A stretch of 58,060 bases of DNA, the filler included, from Dugesia japonica (Eukaryota): assembly GCA_001938525.1 (NCBI GenBank). It is 5 parts of 5 records of this genome, joined end to end, with 100 filler letters (N's around TTAATTAATTAA, not from the genome) between each part and the next. Parts side by side here need not be neighbours in the genome. Positions count along the whole stretch, not along the records: positions 10,842 to 30,036 come from MQRL01606696.1; 4 more parts are not named here. One strand, given 5' to 3'. The notes beneath the pieces were generated by a model, which was not told the DNA's origin, did not search any database, and was given only the letters and a program-made list of their open reading frames with translations. The position numbers and the translations under genes are program-made. How positions within the stretch are numbered: the first letter of the stretch is position 1; each line of letters begins with the position of its first letter. Positions 12,937 to 25,000 of this stretch are shown here, piece by piece.

Positions 12937-15900
12937 TTACATATGTACTAATCTTAAATGCCACATTTCACATGTTTCACAATAATATTTATTTCCATGT
13001 GGCCAAGTTTTTGCTCCATTATCTTCTATAATTCTTTTATCGTCATAACCCATTAATGCTATCTTTTTTTGTTCTACTATTTTAATTTCATGTAAATTTG
13101 ATCTTAATGAAAAATTATTTCCATAAATTATTTGTTTAGGATTATTTAATACTTCATCAAAATCTTTCATCAACATTTTATTATTTTTCTTTACACCTTT
13201 ATTTCTTGAATCAAATCTTGGTATATTGTCTTTATCAAAATAACTATAACCATAAGATTTTGCTTTTACAAAATCACCTTGAATTATTTCAGAATTAGGC
13301 ATTTCATCTTTCATCTGAAATAAATCATTTCCCAATAAACTATCCAACTTTATTAAATTATCTCTACCTTTTATCTCAACAAAGATACAATCAGTATCTG
13401 AATAATGAATTTTATAATTATCATTTCCAATTAATGGATCCATTTGTTCAAATATAAAATTATACATTACTTGTTTTGCATGTTCAAGAATTGTGAAACC
13501 TATATATGGAAATTTGTTATATCTTAATTTACCTTTTGTCATGAGCATTGCTGCTACATTAGTTTCATTAAAATCATTTATTGTAAAGATTTTACTTGAT
13601 TTAAAATTTATTTTAGATGCAAACGTTTGATATGCTTTGTCATTATCTACAATTTCTATGCTACACCTATTTCTAATATTTTCAAGTGTTTTCCATAGAA
13701 AGCATTTAACATTAATTTATAAATGTAATCACCAAAGACATCACTATTTCTTTTAGCTTCTTTTCTTAAACCTATTAATTTGAGAACATGATTTTTAAAC
13801 CATGGAGATGTTCTCATTGAAATTTTCTTGTGAATTTTTTTTAGTTTCATTCCACGTTTTAAATATAAATCTAATGTACTTCCTACAACTAGATAATTTT
13901 TCTTATCAAATTGATTAAGTGTAAGTTTAACATTATTCACTCCAATTTTCTTATTAAAACTTTTTTGGTAATTACTTATCATGTCTCGTGTAATATTTAT
14001 TCTTTCAGGTGCTAATGGAAAATATTTTGTTTTGTCATGTATTTCTCTTGGATAATCTAAATCAACTTCATAAATAAAATTAATGTTATCAGTTGAAATT
14101 TCATATTCTAGCTCGCTGCACTCGCTCATTTCACCTGTTGGTAATGTTCTAGTCATACAACTTGCATATAAAGAATTTTCATCAATATATTTTATAAATG
14201 TATCATCTAATAAATTTTCAAGATATTCATCTGGAATAAATTCATGTGTATTCATCATTTTTATTAAATCTTCAAATTGTGCTTTATTTAGTTGTCTTGT
14301 ATCTGGATCTTTATTTTTGTTATGTGCAAATACTTGTCTTTCTCCTAAAACTCCAGAATATCCACCTCTAATTCCTTCTTCAACTAATAAGAAAATATCA
14401 TAAGTATTTGGTTTCGCATATTTTAGTTTACATTAGCATTTAACATTCCTGTTTCCCATGCATAACCTGGTGCTGAATATGAATATGATGCATCTAATTT
14501 TAAAATATTGTTTAAACATGAATCTCTAAAGTTTTCTAAGAAATCTGCTAAAATTAAAACATCTAANTTCATATAGTGTAACATGTAACACCACATATTA
14601 TCAAAATTATAAAAGTCTTCTAAAAATATTTTATAGTCTTCATCAGATATTTCTTTTTGTGAAAGTGTATTAAAGAAATCTTGTTTTACTGGTATTCTGT
14701 TAGATTTTAATAATTCTTCAACTTGTGTGATATTATTACCTTTTACATATTCATATGGAAAACTTATTTTCTTAGGTCTTAAATTAAATAATTTTAAAAT
14801 TGGATAATTATTTGATTGTGTTAATAATGTTCCCATTACTTCTACTGATGTAAATGGAAGTAATCTTGCAGAATCTAAAAATTTAATATTTCCAAATTCA
14901 AATGAAATATAATTATCTGAAGAATGTGGAATTATTTTTTGAACTGATGATGAAAACTTTGTTAATAATTCTCTAAAGAATAAATGATTGTCATAACCTG
15001 ATGCATTATGGAAATAAAATGGTATAAATAAATTTTTAACAGAAAGATAATTTAAATTACAATTATTACATGACCATCCTCGAAATTCTCCAGTGAAATG
15101 ATTATGGTCTTTAATTGGAGTTCCATATATTTCATTTTCACAATATCTACATTTTGTGCCTTCGGACAATTCTGGAACTTCACCAATAACTTGTTTTATT
15201 AATTTATTTTCTTTAATGTTTTGCAATTCATCATTAACTTCTTCTAAAAACTCAAAGAAGTCTTCATAAATGTATTCACCTGAAAATTCATAATAATAAC
15301 TTAGGAATAAATCTTGATAATCACTTTTGAGATAAATCCCTAATAATGCTTTTTGTTTTTTATCTGAATTTGTGTAGGCTTCAAAATCTCCAATAAGAAT
15401 AAATGGTATTTTATTTTTCTGATAATATTTCTTAAAAGAATAATAATCTTCATATGGAAAAATAATATTATTTGGTTTGTGTTTAATACAAAATTCTTGA
15501 TGTTTCTTTAAAACTTCTTCATCTGAATAACAGTTCATACATCGTATGCATGGATAATTTGAGTTTCTATTTTCTGATGTAAAAAATACAGTTAGATCTC
15601 TACATAAAATATAATGATCTTTATACGCTAACAAATTACATTTATTACTCTCTGGATCTGGTTTTATTGTGTAATGTGAAATGTGTAGTGGTTCAAGTTT
15701 TTTATTAACATTTACACCAAACACATTTATTTCTAAATTATTTTTTATTAATTAATTTTTATTTCATCTACATTCATAGGAAATTTAAAACCACTATATT
15801 TTAATTCTGTTAAATGTGGAATATAATTATCTACACGTTTTGGATGATCAACTATATACTTATGTGCTAAAATTGAATTTAGAAAACATTTGTCATCTTT

Positions 15901-16728
15901 ATTTTCTATGTTAATTACTCCTTGTTTTTTAAATGGTAATTAGAATATGTTGCACCAGCTAATGATTGATATTTAGAAAGATCTAATTTATAATCAATTA
16001 TGTGTGACATACTCCATCCTGAGCCTTCTCTATCTTCATCTTCAATATATCTTTGTAACTCATTAAATATTTCATTAACAACATTTTCAATTTCAGTTAG
16101 AACTGTAAATCTTTTAGTTATAGAATATGATGTACAATCTCTTTCAGCATTTTCATTATTTATTTCTTTTGTATATCTACATTTAACTGACATACTTATA
16201 AGAATCTTTTTTCCATAATTAAAATACTTTGTAATAATTTCTTTAACTTCATTTTGAAATGTGTTAATTAATATCTCTAAATGGTTGTGTGAATATTTCA
16301 TCCACATTTAATTTCATTGTCACTTTGCTTTCCTTGAAATATTCAATTTCATAATTTTTATATTGTCTTAATAGATCTCTAATTTCTGGTTCATAATCAA
16401 TCGCTTCTTCACCTGGTAATTCATCATATAAAACTTTATTAACCATTTGTTTATGTTTCTCAGAATTATAATGTGCTCTTGCATGATTTTGTCTTTGAAA
16501 TCTTTTATTACAAATTTCACAAAATAATGGAACAATCTCTAGATTGCCATAACGTGTAGCATTTAAATGTTCTTGTAAACCATTTTCTGAATTAAATGTT
16601 TTATTACATCTTTCACATCGAAATGTCTCATTTGTTCTAAAACAAATTCTAGATCTAACATGTCCAATTAAACCGGCTTTATTTTTAAACACTTTATTAC
16701 AATTTTCACATCTTATTATTGGACTCAT
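12937..16728 (-). pseudogene. polB: Protein-primed family B DNA polymerase (pPolB) with N-terminal C2H2 fingers and endonuclease-VII-like insert, frameshifted
   Basis: Fragments contain three C2H2 fingers, EGSGW, DFEA (Exo I), DHNHFTGEFRG..CNNCN, FHNASGYD (Exo II), FLDS, FPYEY, DENSLY (motif A), KLMLNAFYGK (motif B) and YSDTD (motif C). Confidence 0.93.
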
Positions 16729-16879
16729 TTTCTATAGTATAAATTTAATCACACCTACTAAAAAAGTGGGTGCCGCAAATAAAACGTTTTTTTCAATCCT
16801 TTTTTTATTTTTATATTATTTGGTATTTCCTCTTAAATAAAAATGCGCGGGTATTTTATGGCGCAAAATCGATATTTAA

Positions 16880-17165
16880 AATTTGACATTTTTTACATCT
16901 CATTTTTTACATCTAAAATTTTACATCATAAATTTTACATCATAAATTTTACATCTCAAATTTTACATCACAAATTTTACATCTCATTTTTTACATCTCA
17001 AATTTTACATCATAAATTTTACATCACAAATTTTTGCATCAGAAATTTTACATCATAAATTTTACATCAGAAATTTTACATTTCACATTACAAATTTCAC
17101 AAAAAAATTTTACATCACACATTACAAATTTCTCATTACAAATTTTTCAAAAAAAATTTTACATA
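16880..17165. repeat. Subterminal tandem array of ~15-bp AAATTTTACATC(A/T)CA units in the Polinton end
   Basis: Direct reading. Confidence 0.85.
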
Positions 17166-17376
17166 AAAAATGAAGGGTACCCCCTTGGAAGTAAATCGTA
17201 TTATTACCATTACTTATATTATATTATACAATTATATTATATTATATATTAAAATTAGATGACGATAAGAATAAGAACTAACAACTACATGTTACATGAT
17301 TGGATTATTTTCATAATCAATTAATTTGCACACATTAATTTGGAAGTATTATAATCATTTTAAATTGAAATATCAG

Positions 17377-17520
17377 GATGTTAAAACATGTTGATTATGT
17401 GAATAAAAAATCCGATGAGTTAGAAAATACTTTTGTTGATAATGAGAATAAAAATAAAATATCCAACTCAACTGGAAAAAATTGTATTTATTCCATTGAA
17501 ATCGATGACTGTGAAACAAG
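17377..17520 (+). CDS. Possible isolated host exon
   Basis: TATCAG/...AAG/GTAAAT boundaries with an open frame (MLKHVDYVNKK...CET); no recognisable motif. Confidence 0.3.
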
Positions 17521-17924
17521 GTAAATGTATTTTATTTGAATTTATTAAAGTATGATAATTTGAAATAAATGAAATCAATATATATCAAAGTATTATTAGT
17601 AAAACATGATTATGTACAATAAATAGTTTATTCACACATAAATAATATAATTCTAAAAATTGAATTAATGTTTGTTAAAAATTTCTACACTATTAAAACT
17701 ATTGTGCTGTTAAAATAATTTTGAAATAATTTAAATAATTCTTATCGAAAATATTAATAGTGTATCGATATAATAATGTCTTATTCCAGCATATTTTGAC
17801 CTTGTTGTAGTGAATGTCAAAGAATCTACTGTAAACGGTGTTGATAGTTTTAAATAAATCTGCCAGCAAACTAAAATGAAGCGTGAATAGTAAAGAGTGA
17901 AAGTTTAATTACGCTAAATTTTTG

Positions 17925-18932
17925 AGACTGCCATGGTGAGCAGCTAGGTTCTATTACTCCGATTTTTACCAATTTGGCTGTTTCCTTATTTGCAAATTCT
18001 TTTTTCTCTACTGTCATGGCATATGGTTTCTGTTTGCATGGTGTTTCGTCTGTTAATGGAATTGTATGCATTTTCGCGGTGCACATACCCAGTTCCTCAT
18101 CTGTCCATGCAAAAATGTCTCGAAATTCCTCTAGTAATTGCAGTATTGCTTGTTTCTGATCCTCCGTTAAAGTCTCCGTCTCTACTTTAAATGTTCTGTC
18201 GATTTCTGGTTCAGTGGCTACTTCGTCTATCACGTCAGGTTCTGGTTCGATGGGTGTTAATGTACCCATTCTGGAATTTGGTTTGATTTTGATGTCTTTT
18301 TCCGTGAAATTAATCAGACTAACTGGTATTTCTCCACTTTTGTTGACCGTAGTTATTCCGCCTGCTGTGGGCAACTCATACTGCCGCGCAAATCCGTCAT
18401 ATGGTTCAAAATAACAATCTCCTTCGTAGGCACTTTTGGTACTGACTACGCAGTATACCTGGCATCTACTGGGCACCAAAATTTCTTCTGTGGTAAATAC
18501 TTCGTGATCCTTCACATGGGTATAGCCTTCCAATGATTGTAGCCTTAATGTGGAGAAATTCAGTATACCGTTTTTCATCAGGATGGGAAGAATATCCGTT
18601 CCTAGGATACACTGTCCCATCATTTCTACAATGATCATATTGTGTTTAATTTTGTTATCCTGATATTCAACTTCACAGGCCGATTCTCCAAAAATTTTGA
18701 GGCTGCTACTATTTGCCACATCTGCTGTAGTGTTAGTGGGTAATATATTTTTATATTCTGTTATCGCAATTTCATCTATTGACAGCAACGATATGGTGGC
18801 TCCGGTGTCCACTAGTGCTATTATGGNNNNNNNNNNNNNNNNNNNNNTAATGGTTAATACTGGTCCCCCATTGAGGCTTGCACATACTACATCTGAAGGG
18901 TTATGACTGTAGTTTGATTGTGTTTTGCTTTT
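17925..18932 (-). pseudogene. pol: Pol N-terminus: aspartic protease (PR2), dUTPase-like region, start of RT; truncated
   Basis: ALVDTGATISLL..ILGTD; 'EILVPSRCQV...IPVSLINFTEKDIKIKPNSRMG'; 'IFAWTDEELG..HTIPL..PCKQKPY..GVIEPSCSPWQS', then abrupt transition to AT-rich host DNA. Confidence 0.9.
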
Positions 18933-18942
18933 ACTAGAGTAA
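18933..18942. repeat. Left inversion-boundary repeat ACTAGAGTAA
   Basis: Exact reverse complement of TTACTCTAGT at 21985-21994; lies where the coding strand switches. Confidence 0.75.
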
Positions 18943-21398
18943 TTCGGATTGTGCGAGATCAGTTTAATAAAATCGAGAACGGGTGGACGCGTGGACCTCG
19001 CCGAAACTCATGGCATGCATTAACCACCACAATACTTTTGTTGTTCTTAATGATGGGCAGAAGCGAAGCTATCCTAGCATATGATTGAGATGGGATGCAA
19101 GTTTGGAAAGAGGTATTCTCATTAGTAGATACAGAAGAATGCCCAGATGCAAACCCAGAGAANNNNNNNNNNNNNNNNNNNNNNNNNNNNNNNNNNNNNN
19201 NNNNNNNNNNNNATTCTATTTATCATTTATATCAAGAATCCGATTATTATAAGGCCCAAGTACGCGAGTGCTCAGTAACGGTGAGACCGTTCATATTTCA
19301 TTGTGGTTATTATAGTTATACGTTAATAATCGACCCCAGAACAGTGAGACACCCTGTACATCTAACCGGACAACAATGCGATGAAGGATTCTCCACAGGG
19401 AAAATTACCATGAAACATGGGACTCAAGTTGTTGCCAAGAAAGGACATGTAATCGACCAACCTATAGAAGCAGCAGGAAGCATATCCACTCATAAAGGCC
19501 ATGGTACCTACACCATACGAGGGAAGGTATGGACGTATGCGGTAGCAATAGAAACCTATACCGTGGAACTCAAGGAATATGAAGCGTTTTTCGATGCTCA
19601 AGATTTGACGATTAAGGGAAGATCGTACTGCAAGGCAGCCGATGGATCATGTAATACAGGCACATCAACATTGACATACAAAGTGGAACACCAGGACTGT
19701 AAGTTGGCACATCTAAAGGAAGCCGTGTTTAATGAATACCAAGGACAACGCGCTATAACACCTATTGACCAAACCCCAAAAGAGGGTAACCTAAAGGAGA
19801 GAATAGATATTATCAAGGAAACAATAAGGACAGGTCCGAAGTCGTATGACCAGCAATGGCATACAACGCCGACGGTGCTAATGTCTTCGGAACAGGACGA
19901 GACTATCCGTCTAATTAAAGGAAATTCAATGTCAAAGTGTGGGCAAATAGTATTCAAAACAAACTATAAAGGAATATTCGTGTCTGAACATCGAATAAGA
20001 ATGGCGAAAGCCGCAGTAATGTCCCAAGACATCAAATTACACCTTTACACCAACAATAAACTGGACAATATACTTCGCCAAATGCAAGATACCATCAGAC
20101 GAATGTACCACGACCTCATTCAAAATGACTGCACGTTAAACAAGGAAATATTAAAGACAAAATTAGCAATGACAGTTACGAACCCTGACAGTGTCACTCC
20201 ATTACTCCCATTGAAAAAGGGACAATTGGGTCGAGTGGTAGGAGAAGTGATGTACTTATATAAATGCAAGGCCATTGATGCCGAATTCTCGTCAAATCCG
20301 AAACACTGCTACAATGAGATAGAAATTATTCACAACAACGAGAAAAGATACGTACAACCAATTACTCGAATAATATCGCCGTTGGGCTATAGGTCGAATA
20401 TCATAAATTGCTCTAATGTATTTGGACCACAATACGTAATGATGGATGGGTCATGGATAAGATTCCCTCAACGAATGGCAGTAGGAGTCGAACCACGAAA
20501 ATTTTCAATGTTACAACTAAACGGGGGCATGCAATTCACCCCAATCGATATAAATAAAGGAGGGATCTATAGCAGAGAAGATTTAGAAAAAGCAAGGGAA
20601 TATATGTTGTTCCCAGTCCGAAGAATGCAAATTCTCTCAAATATAGTACAATTAACCAGTGGGACCAACATCGACGGACGAGTAAATTATGACGCATTAC
20701 TATCAGCAGACCACTTTCAAAAAGCCACCGAAAATGTCATGAGGAAAATGTGGGGAAGATTCATAATATTTGGCCAAGCAATGGCAGGGTTGTTGGGAGT
20801 TATGTTGATAATTTCAGTAGCACGAGTAGTGATCACGCAATTATTCGCATGTTTCGATATATATAAAAGAGAGAAAAAGGTGAATTGGAAAATGGTAACA
20901 GGAATATTTCCGTTTTTAGCCAAAACTATNNNNNNNNNNNNNNNNNNNNNNNNNATCGACAGAGTAAAGAGATTCATTCGGAAGCTCGGACAAATAAGAG
21001 GATCAGACAAGGAAGTTATAATGCAACTCAGACTATTATGTGAGGAAATGAGCAACGCTACGAAGAAGATATCATATTTCAACCAATTCAAAGAAAGGTT
21101 TAAAAACAAGGACGAAAGTAGCAGCAACAGCGATGATGATAGAGGAGAAAACAGTGGAATACCACATGTACCCAGTTATAAAACCGCTATGGAATATGAG
21201 GCAGAGTTCAAAAGGCAGCAATACGAAAAGATCAGCAAGATGCAACGACTAAAGAACGCGTTAAAATTCGGAGGAGGAGAAAGCACGCCAGCACCAGCAC
21301 AAATGTACTATAACGCGTATCCACAACACGGTTGGCAACCCATGAACCAAACACCACAACCAGTATGGGCATTAGGCCCTATGTACAACAATCCGTAA
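18933..21398 (+). pseudogene. env: Envelope glycoprotein, chuvirus/herpes-gB-like class III fusogen, with internal signal sequence and TM anchor
   Basis: In-frame upstream of the 767-aa ORF is ALTTTILLLFLMMGRSEA-ILAYD*(C) (signal plus YDC start, with TGA at the Cys position). Conserved Cys pattern: CSV..FHCG, C..G.C, NDC..K..L, GEVMYLYKC..CYNE..YVQPITRI..INCS..PQY...W. TM segment FIIFGQAMAGLLGVMLIISVARVVI. Confidence 0.85.
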
Positions 21399-21974
21399 AT
21401 AAGCTCACTACAAGCCCCGAATCTGACGTTGATAACTGAAAACAGTGTGTCGACTATAGACAGAAGGGTAATCGAACAAAACCTACGCACTCCGCATAAT
21501 CAGATAACTGAGGATGATAAATTAGAAACACAAACGGTATGTATGATGATGCCCCAGAGAGCGAAATTACTACAAAAAAGGATAAAAATCGACGGAAGAT
21601 GGGTAATAGCTATTATTGATACAGGGGCAAGTACGACGTTAGTTCATAAAAGGATATTAGAAGATTATCGCCTACTTAGAATAACAATTAATAAAGGAGT
21701 TATTATCACGGCCTCTGGANNNNNNNNNNNNNNNNNNNNNNNNGCAATATGTGCAATAGAAAGCGATGGAACTCGATTCTGGCATAAACTGCAGATAATG
21801 AACGAATTAGCATTCGATTGCCTATTAGGGTTGGACCTCTTACCACGCCTTTGTCCGGATGGAATATTGAATTTGAGCAAATTAACCACACGAGAAAATT
21901 ATAATCAGGAGTATGCACCGATAGGTTTTCGGAAAACTCGAATAATAACACAACCGAAACGACAATTCTTTTAA
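21399..21974 (+). pseudogene. Second retropepsin-like aspartic protease (PR1), in frame with env after a single stop
   Basis: IAIIDTGASTTLV...DCLLGLD; ORF 21429 is in the same frame as 19095. Confidence 0.85.
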
Positions 21975-21984
21975 CACAATTCTT

Positions 21985-21994
21985 TTACTCTAGT
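21985..21994. repeat. Right inversion-boundary repeat TTACTCTAGT
   Basis: Reverse complement of 18933-18942; adjacent 12-bp tandem duplication ACAATTCTTTTA. Confidence 0.75.
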
Positions 21995-22046
21995 TTATAT
22001 GAGAAGGTTGAGGTTTAGGACAGATGGCCTCAATAAACTTCGTCCA

Positions 22047-25000
22047 TCACCCCTGTTGCTTTATTAATGACACTATTTTATTCTGCATTAGGTTCACTAT
22101 TGGTAACTTACTGAGGATGAAGTTTTTTGACGGCTTGCATCGGGCATTTGATAGATGCGTTTGATTAATCAGATGTGCTATAGATACTACTATCCTTCCT
22201 TTTGTTGGCTGATCCTGTAATAACTCGTCCATGACTCCTTCTAAATTATCTCGAGTACCGTGACTAGTGCCTTTGGTGGCAGGAAATCTCTTAATAGCTG
22301 CTTCTATCTCTTTTACTAGTGGTCTGAGACTATCTGACAGTTGGAATTTTCCAATCCATATTTTTAATTCTGAATATAACATTAGCAATAATTGTCGTAT
22401 TACTACTTCGGTTGGCATATCATCATCTGTTGAAGTTTCGTGATATCTTTCTTGTGATAACGTTGCTAATCGCTTAGTTTGATGGCTTATTGACGTTGTT
22501 AATCGTTTTTGTTTCAATGCCTCCTCCTCCTCAGGATTTCCTGGAGGTTTCGTCCTTGGTCGACCTCTATTACGAGGTTCGGTAATCGTTTCGGCATCCA
22601 CTCTGGTACGTACCGGTTTTGGTGGTACCTCTTCCTCTTCTGTTTCTATTGGATTCTCCATCTCTAGGGGGTGGTTTGTATCTAGTAAATCATCCATTAC
22701 CGAGTATGGTAATTCCTTTGCTATTTTACTTAATATTGGTGACAAAGGTTGGTCTTCCAATATGTCATCCTCGTCTAAGTCGACCTTGCTAGGGTCATAT
22801 TTTTTGTTTCGTATTGGTCTTTGTTTCTTCAATTTTTCTAATTGGGGGGGAATATTTTGTAATTTGTAACTCGTTTCCGTCTTCCGCTGACTCATCTGCT
22901 GATGGTGATCCGAATATCTCACGCTCCCAATCTTGGCTTGTTCGTGGAGTCTCTTTTGTTTCTCTGGACGTTTCTGTACTTCCTGATTGATCTGTGGTAG
23001 GCCTTAATATCTGACTAGCCGTTAGTTGTGTACGGAGTTTATGTGCTTTTAGCATACTTGAAGTTTCCCCCATTATCGGTCTGATTTTATCCGCTGCTTT
23101 ATAAGGATCTGCATCTTTTCTCGTGAGAGTACCTCCTAATTCAGGAAAAATCCACAACGTATTAAGTTTAACTAAGTCTATTTTCATTAGTCCAATTGTT
23201 GTGGTATCTTCCCCCACTCCGCTTTCATCCACGAGTCTGTATGGTGGTTTAAATGGTAACTTGTCTCGTAGGTGTTTTACCGTATTATATACCGGTATTT
23301 TAATCGGGATTTTGTCTCCTTCAGGATCTATTATTCGAAATTTAACTTCCAATGGTGTGGCTTGCCCTATCTCCGCTTTCCGCCATTTGACCAGAATTTT
23401 ACTAAACTGAATGGGATCCCATAAATGCGCTGCTTTGATGGCTAGAATTAATTGTCGCCATTTTCTGAGATCTTCTACTGCCAGATCTTGTTGTAAGGCT
23501 ATATTGCATCGTCGTATGATTTCTGGTTTTACTAATTTGTCCCATACTAATAATTCGAACAATTTTGGCAAATTGTCTTCTGGCTACTCGTCCCTGACCG
23601 GGGTGTTGGTCAGAGCCGCTACCATCTCTACTCGTTGTTTATTTTGTTCTTGTTTGGGAAGTTTGGCTCTAGCGAATACTAATGGATGTATCTCTTCTAT
23701 ATAATATTCCACCAACTCTCTAGCTTCCTGTTTCCATTTTTCCTCCGAAACTCGTGGTCGCCGTCCCTTCTCATTCTTTGCAGTTACATAGATTTTTAGT
23801 TTAGTGCCTGGCCAAACCCCCATGTATTTTACCGGCAACCTCATTTGATCTGGTTCTATTACGTGGTTGTAGTAGAGTACTATATCGTCTTCTTGAACTG
23901 GTGTTGGTGCTCCAGTTTCCTCCTCGTTGAGGATACGTTGTTGATTCATAAATTTTACAATCCACTTGCGCAACTTAGCCCATGGTTCATTCATTTGGAT
24001 CTGCCATTGAATTTCACTTGCATCTGGGAATTTTATTATTACGTTGACGGTTTTGTTGGCTATCATACGAACTGCTTTATTTAATATCGCATCCATTATG
24101 TCCTCCGGCATTTGACTTATAGCTCGTAGTTGATTTAGCTTTAGAACTAATTGGATGACTTTGTCATGTCTTAATAGTTCCAAGTTTTCTTCCAATGTTA
24201 AGAGTATTTTCATTATTACTCGCGCCAGACTTCCCCATGTTTTACTGTCTTCCCATAACTCAATATTTATTTCCATTGTTCTGTCGTCGATTACTTCGAA
24301 TAACTGCCCCCCGTTGATATCTTGTTCATACAATCTCTCCAGTTGTTGTACTACTTCCCCCATAGGTTTTACTGGACCTGGGATGTAGTCCTCGGGTTTC
24401 TGTATTTGGAGAAGTGTATTTTCACCGGGTCTTAACCCGACGTCCAGTAAATGTTGTTTCCCCTCGAACTTTATGGGAAATCTCAAGTGATTGCTGGTAA
24501 TCACATAGCCTTTCTGTTGATCAGCTATATCCAGTGATTCTATAATTTCCTGTTTTCTCCTGCTGACGTGCTATTGAAATGTGGTATATGCATGACAGCC
24601 AATTCTGGTTCCCTCCTCGATTTCTTGTTTGGAGTCAGATATTCTATCGTGATATTCAATCTTCTCCCTGAGCACTTGCTTTCACTGCCCCAATGTATGG
24701 CTTGATTACGGATTCCCACCTGGCGCGATCTTCTCTTGCTAATTCAGTTAGCTTTGTCAGATCCATTAATAAATTTAATGCTTTCCAAAATGTTGTCCTA
24801 GGTATCCTTTCCTGGAAATAACAGAAATCCGAAATTATCTTCGCGATCCGCTCCGTCTGAGGAGAACTAAAAGGACCAGCGAATTCAGGTTTAAAGGGTA
24901 ACAATCGAGGTTGACCCTTATTCTCTGAGATTCCCCCCTCCTGCTCTTCTTCATCTGAAGTTAGGTCTGGGGTGTTAGGGTCATTATCCCGAACCATGTT

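Larger units (their letters stand above)
10842..17214 (-). mobile_element. Polinton/Maverick (adintovirus-like) endogenous element, one end, degenerate
   Basis: Co-oriented pPolB, putative core protein and minor-capsid genes. Subterminal tandem repeats are present. Candidate terminus is AGTAATGGTAAT (minus strand) ending at 17214. The other end is lost at the contig break. Confidence 0.88.

Noticed and set aside
16843-17252. Two plus-strand ORFs with repeated FTSQILHHKFY
   Set aside because: Translation of the Polinton subterminal repeat array.
9593-17520. Idea that the Polinton sits inside an intron of the Rab gene
   Set aside because: A contig spacer separates them, and the 17377-17520 exon lacks the expected Rab G4 (NKxD) motif.
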